From positions 288,001 through 352,000 of the forward strand of contig CAVSHB010000004.1 in assembly GCA_963727775.1 (NCBI GenBank): a DNA stretch of 64,000 nucleotides, read 5' to 3'. Origin of the DNA: an uncultured Nitrospiraceae bacterium (GTDB lineage: Bacteria; Nitrospirota; Thermodesulfovibrionia; Thermodesulfovibrionales; SM23-35). Both the position numbers and the translations under genes were made by a program. Of the stretch, positions 1 to 8,993 are shown in pieces; position 1 is the first letter of the stretch; every line of letters starts with the position of its first letter. A model generated the notes under the pieces. It did not search any database, had not been told where the DNA came from, and worked only from the letters and a program-made list of their open reading frames with translations.

Positions 1-356
1 AAGTTCAAATAAACATCCCCTGCGTATCGCAGGCTTAAGGGATAACCGAGTTATGATGTGAGCAAAATGTCGAGCGTCCATAAATCATGTGACTTGCGGA
101 CACTGAATTGTCACGCATGAAACCCGCCCTTATCAAGTAATCCAGGTCGGAAATTTGCGAGGGTTTTATGGACAGATGCTTGAGCGGAGAAGTGATCCAA
201 GGCTCTGCATGCAAACATTGAAAGTGCTTCACATACTATCTTCTCAATGTTCCCTGTTATGAGCTAAAATAAACTCAGTTAAGGGACGGTACCGGCAAGC
301 CGAGAGTGAAACACTGTCGATGCGAGCGAAATGTTCCTCGATTAAAGCACTGGAAA

Positions 357-1334
357 ATGAAAAAGCAAGAGAATCCTCTACTGTCAATATTCGAAAGAGC
401 GGCAACATTACCGGAGAATCCTCCAGGGTCAATATTCGATAGACTTATGGCAGTATTCCCCCCATTTGATGATCCACTCCTCTCTCTACAGGATCGATCG
501 AGAGATTTTGAAACAGAAGCAGAATACTTCTGGATACATCTTTTGGAGAGAAATCAACTTTGGATGGGGGCCGGAGACACAGTAAGCTTCACACCGACAA
601 CACATCATTTCCATACTCCTTATAAACAATTCATTACGCAGGGAATGCTATTCCCTGCCTGTTTTTGCCATTACCCAAGCCGATACACTGAAAGTTTTGC
701 AATAGTGCGAGGTCTGTTAAATTGGCCCAAAATAGGAGCCTGCTTCTCAGGCCTAAAGATTAAAGAGAAAGATCTTGAATTTATTGTTTTCATACTGAAA
801 CCCTGGCCATTTACCAATCAGTTCACAGAGGGATATCCTAAACTTGAATCATTTGTTCATTCAACATGCGCTGAAATAAACGGGGTAATAAAAAGGCTTT
901 CACCTTTAGCAAAACAATTGAATGAGATTGAATTCCCATATACTGACATATTGCCTACTGTAGAGTTCGATCACATTAAATGTAAGTATTATTTGGCCGT
1001 GTGCCGCAAGATAGTACAATTGGGCAAGAAAATCCCAGACATGTACTTTAAGCATTTTGGGATAGAGAAAAGTAAATATAAATCACCGCAGAAACATACT
1101 TTTTGGAAATATGCTGTTGCCGGTGCAATACATAAGCTTAATGAATATTGCCATGACGCTGACTGCGACCCGAGGAGATGCACTGTCGATCATGTTAAAG
1201 CCTACCGAGTAGTAGCCCGCCTCCTTAAGATATTGTATCCATCCATCTGGCGAGGAAATATTGCTGTGATTTCAAACATTATCAAATCCAAACACAACGT
1301 ATTACTAAAGACTCTTGAATCGAAGAGTGCATAG
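357..1334 (+). CDS. Hypothetical protein of the integrative element
   Basis: Long ORF (track start GTG 306; ATG 357 preferred); no recognisable motif. Confidence 0.7.
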   Translation: MKKQENPLLSIFERAATLPENPPGSIFDRLMAVFPPFDDPLLSLQDRSRDFETEAEYFWIHLLERNQLWMGAGDTVSFTPTTHHFHTPYKQFITQGMLFPACFCHYPSRYTESFAIVRGLLNWPKIGACFSGLKIKEKDLEFIVFILKPWPFTNQFTEGYPKLESFVHSTCAEINGVIKRLSPLAKQLNEIEFPYTDILPTVEFDHIKCKYYLAVCRKIVQLGKKIPDMYFKHFGIEKSKYKSPQKHTFWKYAVAGAIHKLNEYCHDADCDPRRCTVDHVKAYRVVARLLKILYPSIWRGNIAVISNIIKSKHNVLLKTLESKSA

Positions 1335-1376
1335 GACCAATTCAGTATTTTCCCTTCCTCACGCGTAATTATTAAA

Positions 1377-3327
1377 CAGGAGTTTAAGGGGTAACTGCAT
1401 TTGAACTCTCCAACCGCTGGAAATTACTAGCTTTTTCCGACGACTTACTGTAAGACCCTACATTATTGTATAACAAACCCATTATTTGTGCGTTTTAAAT
1501 GCATTTTATGCTTGACATGTAAGACCCTACCATGGTAGTATTTGACATGGCACATTTCCATATCAAGACGAAAAAGGGAAGACCCTACCTCTATGTGCGC
1601 GAGATTGCCCGCGTTGGAGGGAAGCCTAAGGTAGTCTCCCAAATATACATCGGCTCTCCTGAACGGGTGGCTGGTCTCGTGGCAGGCTCTGCAGAGGCGG
1701 CAGTCAGGCTCAAAGTGGAAGAGTTCGGAGCATTGTGGCTGGCCCATCAAGTTAGCCAAGATGTTGACCTTGTGGGCATTGTAGACAAGGAGATCCAGAG
1801 GGGTACTCAGGAGGAAGGTCCGTCCGTAGGAGAGTATTTTTTGTACTGCATATGGAATCGGATGTGCGAGAGCACCAGCAAGAACAAGCTTGCCCAATGG
1901 TATGGGCGAACGGCTGTCCAGCAGATTCGTCCTGTTGATATTGATGAGTTCACCAGTCAACGCTACTGGGAAAAGTGGGACAGGGTATCGGAAGCTGCAC
2001 TCAAGACAATTGCCCGGCGATTCTTTGAGAGCATCTGGGAGCTTGAATCCCCTAATGCCGACTGTCTGCTGTTCGATACCACGAACTACTACACCTTTAT
2101 GGCGAGTGATACGCCCTCTGAGCTTGCTCGCCGGGGGAAGAACAAGGAAGGACGACATAATCTCCGGCAGATCGGATTAGGGCTTCTGGTATCGCGCGAT
2201 AGCCGGCTGCCGTTGTACTATTGCGCCTATCCGGGCAATCTCCATGACAGTCGTCAGTTTGAGGCGGTCATGGATGAGATGTTCGGAGTCGTATGCGGAC
2301 TGAACAAGACGAAACAAAAACTTACCGTCGTGATAGACAAAGGGATGAACTCCGAGGGCAATTTCGCTTGGATAGACGAGCACTCCCGCATACATTTTGT
2401 GACGACGTATTCAACCTACTTCGCCGAGGAACTGGCCATGACGTCTTTGGATGTCTTTGAGCCGGCGGACACGGAGAAGAATCGGCTACTGCTACAGAAG
2501 GGGAAGAAGGAGGACCGCATGCTCGTGTACCGAACAAAGGGCGAATACTGGGGCAAGCAACGGGCGGTAGTGGTAACGTATAATCCGATAACGGCAAGAA
2601 AGCAAACCTACACGCTTGACAGTAAACTGGATGCGATCCGACAGGAACTCCTTGCCATGAGGTCAAAGGTTCGTAATAAAGAACCTCATTGGCGCAAACA
2701 GGAAGCGATCCGAGAAAGATATCTGCGTCTCTGTGAGCGTTTTCACGTGCCGAGCGATTTCTACGCCCTGGAGTTCTCTCAGACGGCAGAAGGTTTGGGT
2801 ATGAGTTTCCGGAGAGATGGGACGGCCATCGAGCGAAAGCGCATAATGCTCGGCAAGAACATCATTATCACCGACAACGTGGATTGGACCACAACGGCTA
2901 TAGTAAAAGCCAGCCTCGACCGATGGCAAGTGGAGAGCCGCTTCCGGCTTAGCAAAGAAGACGATCTGGTTGCCATGCGGCCCATAAGACACTGGACCGA
3001 CAGCAAGATACGCTGTCACCTGTTCAGTTGTGTTGTCGCTATGACATATTTGCGGCGGATTGAGTTGAAACTTAATGCCACAGGTATTCATCGCACAGCG
3101 GAAGACGTCATGGAGGACATGCGGAATCTACATTCTGTACTGCTTTTAAAGGAAGGCGGAAGAAAGGCTGGCCGCCAGATAGAGATACCGACGAAGACCC
3201 AAGCCGAAGTCCTATCGGCTTTTGGTTTCTCAGTAAATGCCAGTGGGGTCTTACACCCCAAAACCAGCTAAAGCCTTGTCATTGTTAGATCTGTGAGACT
3301 TTTTAGAGGTTACCCCTTAAACTCCTG
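1377..3327 (+). mobile_element. IS1634-family insertion sequence
   Basis: Perfect 19-bp terminal IRs CAGGAGTTTAAGGGGTAAC (1377-1395; 3309-3327), flanked by 5-bp direct repeat TTAAA (1372-1376; 3328-3332). Confidence 0.92.
1547..3271 (+). CDS. IS1634-family DDE transposase
   Basis: N-terminal KKGRPYLY, LFDTTN, YPGNLHD, VIDKG, RWQVESRFR and RPIRHWTD..IRCH motifs. Confidence 0.92.
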   Translation: MAHFHIKTKKGRPYLYVREIARVGGKPKVVSQIYIGSPERVAGLVAGSAEAAVRLKVEEFGALWLAHQVSQDVDLVGIVDKEIQRGTQEEGPSVGEYFLYCIWNRMCESTSKNKLAQWYGRTAVQQIRPVDIDEFTSQRYWEKWDRVSEAALKTIARRFFESIWELESPNADCLLFDTTNYYTFMASDTPSELARRGKNKEGRHNLRQIGLGLLVSRDSRLPLYYCAYPGNLHDSRQFEAVMDEMFGVVCGLNKTKQKLTVVIDKGMNSEGNFAWIDEHSRIHFVTTYSTYFAEELAMTSLDVFEPADTEKNRLLLQKGKKEDRMLVYRTKGEYWGKQRAVVVTYNPITARKQTYTLDSKLDAIRQELLAMRSKVRNKEPHWRKQEAIRERYLRLCERFHVPSDFYALEFSQTAEGLGMSFRRDGTAIERKRIMLGKNIIITDNVDWTTTAIVKASLDRWQVESRFRLSKEDDLVAMRPIRHWTDSKIRCHLFSCVVAMTYLRRIELKLNATGIHRTAEDVMEDMRNLHSVLLLKEGGRKAGRQIEIPTKTQAEVLSAFGFSVNASGVLHPKTS

Positions 3328-3382
3328 TTAAAAAATACTTTTCATTTTCATATCCTCATTATTCATGTAAAAATTAGATACC

Positions 3383-3634
3383 ATGAGAAAGAACAACGAT
3401 CTTCGAGAAAGATTTTATACCACCCTCGATGCCTACCAGGCCGGCTTCTTAACTCTCAGAAGATTTCATTCAAAACTTATTGATCAAAACGGAAAGATTG
3501 TTTTTGTTTTCGATTTGTCCGACGAACTGTTACAGGCTCTTGCCGATTATAACACTGGAGCGGTCGTGGAGGCGTCGAGGTTCGCATTTGCGATAAAGAC
3601 TCTAAAAAGCCAAATACATTCAATGAGAAGGTAA
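3383..3634 (+). CDS. Small DUF5659-like protein
   Basis: 83 aa, pattern FYTT.D...A.FL....G..VFVF typical of this small mobile-element family (from memory). Confidence 0.6.
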   Translation: MRKNNDLRERFYTTLDAYQAGFLTLRRFHSKLIDQNGKIVFVFDLSDELLQALADYNTGAVVEASRFAFAIKTLKSQIHSMRR

Positions 3635-3832
3635 AAAAGGGAAAAAATATGGCAATTAGGGAAAGGAAGGATAAGTATCAGCGAAACCTTTTTACAGAAT
3701 TTGAGGCGATAGTTGGCGGAAACAATACATCAATTATTTTAGATCCAATCTTTCACCTGATTCGTTTCTGCCCACGACGACCTTCTTAAATGAATGGATC
3801 TATTGCCACGATAAGGGATAAGGAAAATAGAC

Positions 3833-4381
3833 GTGGGTTATACAAACACCAAATATAGAATTCCCGGAGGCGGGGTATTTATACCGTGGGATATCTTGAA
3901 CAATACAACAAGCACTGCATATCGAGATTTAAAACCTTCAGCGGCTAAAGCCCTCCCTTTCTTTTTAGGTAAGGTCAAGTTCGGTAGGAAATCCTGCATT
4001 GAATATGGCTCTCCTCAGTATTATGAAATCGAATTCAAATTTCCTTTTTACGAGGCCCGGAAAAATGGCTTTGCAAATTCGACGTTTGAAACGATTATCG
4101 AAGAACTCATAAATAAAGGTTTTATTGATCCAGTTCATCGGGGAGGCATGAAAAGTCAGGGGTTGGGGTTCAGTAAATTTAGGCTATCGCCACGATGGAA
4201 GGAATACGGGAAACCAGCGTTTGTAAAAATCGACTGGGGACATTACAAGATAAGAAAACCTCGCGTCAGGACCATGGAGGAAGCCCGTGTCTTTTGTCAG
4301 CCTGAAGACATAGAAAAGCGTTTTTCAGTTCCAAAACGTGAAACAAACAATTCCAAAAATGGAAATATTAGCAGAGGATAG
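3833..4381 (+). CDS. Winged-helix protein, putative replication initiator
   Basis: AYRDLKPSA..AL and STF...IEELINKGFID wHTH pattern; repeats at its 3' end. Confidence 0.6.
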   Translation: MGYTNTKYRIPGGGVFIPWDILNNTTSTAYRDLKPSAAKALPFFLGKVKFGRKSCIEYGSPQYYEIEFKFPFYEARKNGFANSTFETIIEELINKGFIDPVHRGGMKSQGLGFSKFRLSPRWKEYGKPAFVKIDWGHYKIRKPRVRTMEEARVFCQPEDIEKRFSVPKRETNNSKNGNISRG

Positions 4382-4672
4382 AACGGATTATTTCACAAAA
4401 TGGAACTGTAAGGGGTACAACAACGTGAAAGTTATTTCACTTTCTGGAGGTATTACTATAGTAACCAGAGCATACGAATGCGAACGTCCCATCTCTCACG
4501 TAAGACTGCATTCTTCAATAGCATTGCCTTTGATTCAAACATTAGATTTTCAAACGAGGTCTCTGATAGGACGGTTAACCATGAATGATAAGCTGACCAA
4601 ACCCTCATATATTAATAAAAATAGGATGTTTGCAAATGTTGGCACGCCAACCACTTTGATAAGGAGGAAAAT

Positions 4673-5275
4673 GTGAAAAAGGGCGCTGATCCCGAAATAA
4701 TTAGATTCCACAACGAAGGGAAGTCCTTCCGTGAGATAGGCCGCCTCATCGGTATCTCTCATGTTGCCGTGAGAAAGCGATATTTGAGGGCCGCGAAGGT
4801 TACCGGTGATATGAGCCAAACAAGCAATGCAGAAGGCACTGGTAACCTGAGAAAACCTGAAGTCCCACTAAACCCCGCAATAACCGAGGCTAATAAACGA
4901 GAAGGTTCGGAAGTCATTAAAGCACTGCTTGATGGTAAGCAGCCCGGTAACCTAAGAGAGGACGAGGTTTCGCCATCAGTGAGCGAGGAAGAAAACTTAA
5001 CAAAACTTAACATCGCGACGGAGAACACAAAAGCACCGGTAGAACCGAAATATTACCGACATGTCCCCACAGGGCAAATCTTTTACCGCAACGATAAGAT
5101 CAAGGAGGAGATAAAGGCAGAACTCGAACCCTATTACCCTCCAAAGTATCTCAGAAAATGGAACGAGCCTAATCGCGGTGGAATTTTTATCTGGACACTT
5201 GCATTGTCTCGGAGACCAGATTTCGAGCCTTACGATGGTGAATTGCCGGCAGCGTTGAAACGTGAGGGGAAGTGA
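4673..5275 (+). CDS. N-terminal HTH DNA-binding protein
   Basis: EGKSFREIGRLIGISHVAVRKR HTH; SD AAGGAGG upstream of GTG. Confidence 0.75.
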   Translation: MKKGADPEIIRFHNEGKSFREIGRLIGISHVAVRKRYLRAAKVTGDMSQTSNAEGTGNLRKPEVPLNPAITEANKREGSEVIKALLDGKQPGNLREDEVSPSVSEEENLTKLNIATENTKAPVEPKYYRHVPTGQIFYRNDKIKEEIKAELEPYYPPKYLRKWNEPNRGGIFIWTLALSRRPDFEPYDGELPAALKREGK

Positions 5276-5314
5276 CTGAATGAATGCATGCTTTAAGATC
5301 AAGGTTGTGGATAT

Positions 5315-5539
5315 ATGATAAGAAAGATTCTACCGCCAGAAAATAAGACCGTTTTCAACGCTTCCGAGGCGTGCGGATATATGGGCGTTTGCTGGAATAG
5401 CCTGAAAAAGTTAATTAATGAAGGCGAAATTAGAGCCATAAGGATTGGGAAAAGATATTTAATCCCTAAAGAGTCGTTAGACAATTTTATTAATCAAGAT
5501 GCAATGATAACACGAGCTTTCGTGAAAGGGATGAAATAA
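5315..5539 (+). CDS. Excisionase-family (HTH_17) protein
   Basis: FNASEACGYMGV...LINEGEIRAIRIGKRYLIPKESLDNFI; directly upstream of the integrase. Confidence 0.85.
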   Translation: MIRKILPPENKTVFNASEACGYMGVCWNSLKKLINEGEIRAIRIGKRYLIPKESLDNFINQDAMITRAFVKGMK

Positions 5540-5577
5540 CCTTGACTCTTTCTAATAGGGACAACTACAATCTGAAT

Positions 5578-6552
5578 ATGCGCCTTTTTCGACGAGCAAA
5601 CGGTGTTTATTATGCAGAGTTAAAGAGGGGTGTCTGGCGATCACTTAAAACAAAAGATGAGCGGGAAGCAAAAACCAGATTTAAGAGTATCGCCAGAGAG
5701 GCATTGAAAGGCAAACTCCTTCTTCTTGATAAACAATCTACGATAACTATTCAAGAATTTTTTGATGAATACCTAAAATGGGCTGAGAATAACAGATCCA
5801 GGACCACGCATGAAAGAGCTACATATACGATTAAGAAATTCGTCGTGGCATTAGGCGGCAGTAGAGATCTCGTATCGCTTAAATCAAAAGACATGGATAC
5901 ATTTCTTGATTACTGCCGGATGAAAGGGAATAAACCGCCCACCCTCGATATCGAAAGAAGAACAATAAAGGGGATACTGACTCAGGCGGTCAAATGGGAA
6001 TATTTAAAGGCGAATCCTTTCAAGGGGTATGCTCAGATCAAATTCCATAAGAGATTGCCCTTATGGCTTGAACTGGATCAGATCAAGAGAGTATTTGATG
6101 TTATCGGTAGTAATCGAGGCTATCGACTTATGTTTGCCTTATTCATTTATACGGGAGGCCGAAGAGAAGAAATAAAGAAGTTGCAATGGTCTGATATAAA
6201 AAATGAGGGGATACATTTTAGAGAAACGAAAAACTACCAGGCAAGAACAATCCCTATTTGTGATAGCCTTAAGAATATTTTGGCTGAATATGACAGAGGA
6301 GTCGGTTTTCTGTTTGACATTTCTTTAGATCAAATCACTCACAGAATGAAATATTATCTCAGAAAAGCGGAAGTAGGTTATATAAGAACTCATGATCTTA
6401 GGCATACGTTTGCATCGCATCTCAGGAAGGCGGGAGTTAGCATTGACAGGATAAAGGAATTATTAGGTCACAAATCGTTATCTACCACCATGATTTATGC
6501 TCACCTTGACCAAACAGACCTAAAAGAAGCAATGCGGAAATTACCTTATTAG
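5578..6552 (+). CDS. Tyrosine recombinase/integrase
   Basis: TGGRREE, HDLRHTFAS, LLGH, TMIYAH catalytic motifs. Confidence 0.95.
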   Translation: MRLFRRANGVYYAELKRGVWRSLKTKDEREAKTRFKSIAREALKGKLLLLDKQSTITIQEFFDEYLKWAENNRSRTTHERATYTIKKFVVALGGSRDLVSLKSKDMDTFLDYCRMKGNKPPTLDIERRTIKGILTQAVKWEYLKANPFKGYAQIKFHKRLPLWLELDQIKRVFDVIGSNRGYRLMFALFIYTGGRREEIKKLQWSDIKNEGIHFRETKNYQARTIPICDSLKNILAEYDRGVGFLFDISLDQITHRMKYYLRKAEVGYIRTHDLRHTFASHLRKAGVSIDRIKELLGHKSLSTTMIYAHLDQTDLKEAMRKLPY

Positions 6553-6561
6553 AATGTTGAG

Positions 6562-6582
6562 AATGCAAGCAAAATGCAAGCA
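6562..6582. repeat. Tandem AATGCAAGCA repeat, putative integrase arm-type sites
   Basis: 10-mer at 6562-6571 and 6573-6582 between int stop and tRNA fragment. Confidence 0.6.
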
Positions 6583-6623
6583 GGGGCTTTGTAGAATGGC
6601 TATAAATAAAGAAAGATCACACT

Positions 6624-6663
6624 ATCCTAAGTCCAGCGCGTCTGCCAGTTCCGCCACTCTCGC
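6624..6663 (-). pseudogene. 5' half of tRNA-Leu(UAG), attachment-site junction
   Basis: Minus strand GCGAGAGTGGCGGAACTGGCAGACGCGCTGGACTTAGGAT: acceptor 5' strand, D arm, anticodon 5' stem and loop CTTAGGA; the expected TCCAG and 3' half are absent. Confidence 0.9.
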
Positions 6664-6670
6664 ATGCATG

Positions 6671-6700
6671 ATTTTAAAGGATTCTTTGACATTCGGTCAA
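6671..6700 (-). promoter_or_regulatory. Sigma70 promoter of the tRNA-Leu half
   Basis: TTGACC-18-TAAAAT, 7 nt upstream of tRNA G1. Confidence 0.7.
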
Positions 6701-6820
6701 ACGTCTTCCCCGTCAAATCTGACTAAGTTGTGACTGTGGCAAGAATCGAGTGAGAGTGGAAATGCTTCCCTCGTAGCGATCCGGTGATCAGACGGAAGCT
6801 ATCCCCCGAATTCTAAAGTA

Positions 6821-7114
6821 TCAACATCCTTCTGATTTCAATCTTGTGGACTGTTGCTTCAGTCGTTCTGAGAGCCATACCTTTATGAGCGACTGATAAG
6901 GCACATCCCGTTTATTCGCCTCAATGCGTATTGCCTCAAGGAGCGAAAGCGGCAGCCGTAAAGAAATGGATTGAGTTGAAGGCTTCAGATTCGGAAAACG
7001 GGCGAGTACCGTCTTAGTGGAATCAAAATACTCGGACGTGTCGTGTGTCTCCCAAAAGCGGCGTTCTTCAACCTCTGACTTAAACTTCGGGGTTGCTTTT
7101 AATTTCTTGCTCAT
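6821..7114 (-). CDS. brnA: BrnA/CopG-type antitoxin
   Basis: PKFKSE.EER.FWETHD and ISLRL...YQSLIK RHH motifs; overlaps toxin gene. Confidence 0.85.
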   Translation of the reverse strand: MSKKLKATPKFKSEVEERRFWETHDTSEYFDSTKTVLARFPNLKPSTQSISLRLPLSLLEAIRIEANKRDVPYQSLIKVWLSERLKQQSTRLKSEGC

Positions 7115-7397
7115 ATAACTTCCTTTCTTTAGAATTCATATTACGGACGGAGATGACTCGTACCAGCGCACCGGCTTGTCTCAATGTGAAAATGACCATC
7201 ACGCGCCGGCCGTCTGCCGTTTCCCCGAGAGCCAGATATCTCCGTTCGGATTCGCCGTGCTTCTCATCCGGTGTAATGAAGAGCGGCTCATTAAAGAAGA
7301 CCTGTTCGGCCTCCGCCTGCGTGACACCATGCTTCTCATTCTTTCGAGCATTGCCAGTATCCCAATCAAATCCCTCTAATTTATCGAGGTCTATCAC
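7080..7397 (-). CDS. brnT: BrnT family toxin (DUF497)
   Basis: FDWD.GN..KNEKHGV...EAEQVF, E.R...LG, RVISVR motifs. Confidence 0.9.
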   Translation of the reverse strand: MIDLDKLEGFDWDTGNARKNEKHGVTQAEAEQVFFNEPLFITPDEKHGESERRYLALGETADGRRVMVIFTLRQAGALVRVISVRNMNSKERKLYEQEIKSNPEV

Positions 7398-7401
7398 GAT
7401 T

Positions 7402-7432
7402 GTATATTATCATAATATACTTAATAAAGCAA
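7402..7432 (-). promoter_or_regulatory. brnTA promoter with palindromic operator
   Basis: TTGCTT-17-TAATAT; perfect IR GTATATTAT-C-ATAATATAC (7402-7420) over the -10. Confidence 0.7.
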
Positions 7433-7674
7433 AACAAACCTGACTGAATAATTTCTGAGGCCGGGTAAAGGAGATTTGAAAATATTTCCAAGTTTCATGG
7501 GAATATTTCCTTTTACAGGACAGATTGCCCGTAATGAGTACTATTATTTTCTTAAAAATCAAAATAAATCTATACCTTACATTTTGGCATCTTTATTGCA
7601 TTTATTTTTTTAAAAATTTATAACTTCCAGCATTTGATGATGTAAAGTTTAAATTTCGAATACTTGATAAAGCT

Positions 7675-8190
7675 ATGTGGAAAATTCTTATAAATGAAAC
7701 CCAATTAAGAGAATGGGTTGAAGCGGCCGGAAGGATCAAGGAAGATTTCGGCATAGATAGGGCTTTGGGATACCTCATAGGAGAAAAATTCTATAGTATT
7801 GTTTCCCCTCTCCGTTCCTGCAAAGAATTAATCAGGACTATTGATGAAGAAATGAAGAATCCGGATTATAATCCGGTAGGCGTGACATTATACAGAAGCC
7901 GTAAACTTGTGACCAACCTGCACGAGATTTATAAAAAAGAAATTGCGATCATCACAGAGACCGAGAAACTGTTATTCAAATTTACAGCGTTGATCAGGGA
8001 AGCCTTTGAGCCATATGAGATACGCAACTATTTTAAATCCAATCCCCGATTCGGCATGAAGGCGCATATCGCCTCCGATGAGGAATATGAGTTTCTTGCC
8101 GGCAGAGGAATTGTTGAACATTCGTTAGACACCGAAATTGATGACGCGCTGATATACGGAGGAATAATGAAGTATTTTTATAATTCCTGA
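7675..8190 (+). CDS. Hypothetical protein
   Basis: 171-aa ORF, no recognised motif. Confidence 0.65.
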   Translation: MWKILINETQLREWVEAAGRIKEDFGIDRALGYLIGEKFYSIVSPLRSCKELIRTIDEEMKNPDYNPVGVTLYRSRKLVTNLHEIYKKEIAIITETEKLLFKFTALIREAFEPYEIRNYFKSNPRFGMKAHIASDEEYEFLAGRGIVEHSLDTEIDDALIYGGIMKYFYNS

Positions 8191-8272
8191 TAACCGGGAA
8201 CCATTGGCATCCCTGCCTTCACGCTGCTCTGAAGTTATCTAACTCTGCTTAGAATAGATTCAAACGGTGGGA

Positions 8273-8641
8273 TTACTGCGAGACTTTGTTTCCCTTCTTA
8301 CCCTCTGCGGCTTCCGCAGTATTGTCAGTTGCGCCGCCTCCGGGTAATTCTGTAATCGTGTCAACGGCCTTTGCGAAGTCCGTCTTGACCTGTTCCTTAA
8401 TGTCCTGCAACGACTTCCTTAATTCAATTCCGCCATCTATAATGCGTCTTTAATTCCGAACGCATCTTTAATCTCGCTGAACTCTTCGTGGACCTGTCCT
8501 TTTATATTATCCATTGATTTTTTTCAGCTCACCAAGACCTTTGCCGAGCGTCTTGGCTATTTGAGGAAGCTTGTCCGGACCAACAACAATTAGTGCGACA
8601 GCAAATATTACTATTAATTCTCCTATACCGAAATCAAACAT
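8273..8641 (-). pseudogene. tatB: TatB-like subunit, frameshifted
   Basis: MFDFGIGELIVIFAVALIVVGPDKLPQIAKTLGKGLGELKK, then +1 in an A7 run (8518-8524) and a compensating -1 near 8440. Confidence 0.8.
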
Positions 8642-8702
8642 CCGCTAACCATTCCCCCTGGTTCTTTACTGCTGCAGAAAAAGATTTATTATGAAGCAGA
8701 TT

Positions 8703-8885
8703 CTAACGGTCTTCTTTTTTATTCCCATCCTTTTGGGATGGCTCTATTTCATCAAGCTCGGACATGCCTTTTTTGAAATTCCTGATTGCCTGTCCCACGC
8801 CGCTGCCTAACTGAGGCAGTTTAGTCGCACCGAACAATACAACAACGATTATCCCGATAAGGAGTATATCCTGAGTTCCAAACAT
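8703..8885 (-). CDS. tatA: Twin-arginine translocase TatA
   Basis: TM helix-FG-KLPQLG..G..IRNFKK; SD GGAGG. Confidence 0.92.
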   Translation of the reverse strand: MFGTQDILLIGIIVVVLFGATKLPQLGSGVGQAIRNFKKGMSELDEIEPSQKDGNKKEDR

Positions 8886-8993
8886 TTTATGTTACCTCCG
8901 TTTTTAGTATTATATACTATTTAAAGATACGCATCTGAAAAAGCATTTACTCATGTTCCGCGTCTTTGGCCGGCATAGACAAGGGTTCATAAA

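Larger units (their letters stand above)
1..6624 (+). mobile_element. Right part of an integrative element (satellite/IME-like); left end outside window
   Basis: Co-oriented hypothetical, DUF5659-like, wHTH, HTH, Xis and tyrosine integrase genes ending at a tRNA-Leu fragment. Confidence 0.8.

Noticed and set aside
1463..2158. 231-aa antisense ORF, and similar long antisense ORFs (11824-12504, 50530-51192, 59797-60492, 62361-62972)
   Set aside because: Shadow frames of well-supported genes
4338..4676. 112-aa ORF between wHTH and HTH genes
   Set aside because: Overlaps the repeat region, no SD or motif; cannot be supported
6553..6624. Group I intron in the tRNA-Leu anticodon loop
   Set aside because: No intron core elements seen; adjacent sequence is repeats and the integrase stop
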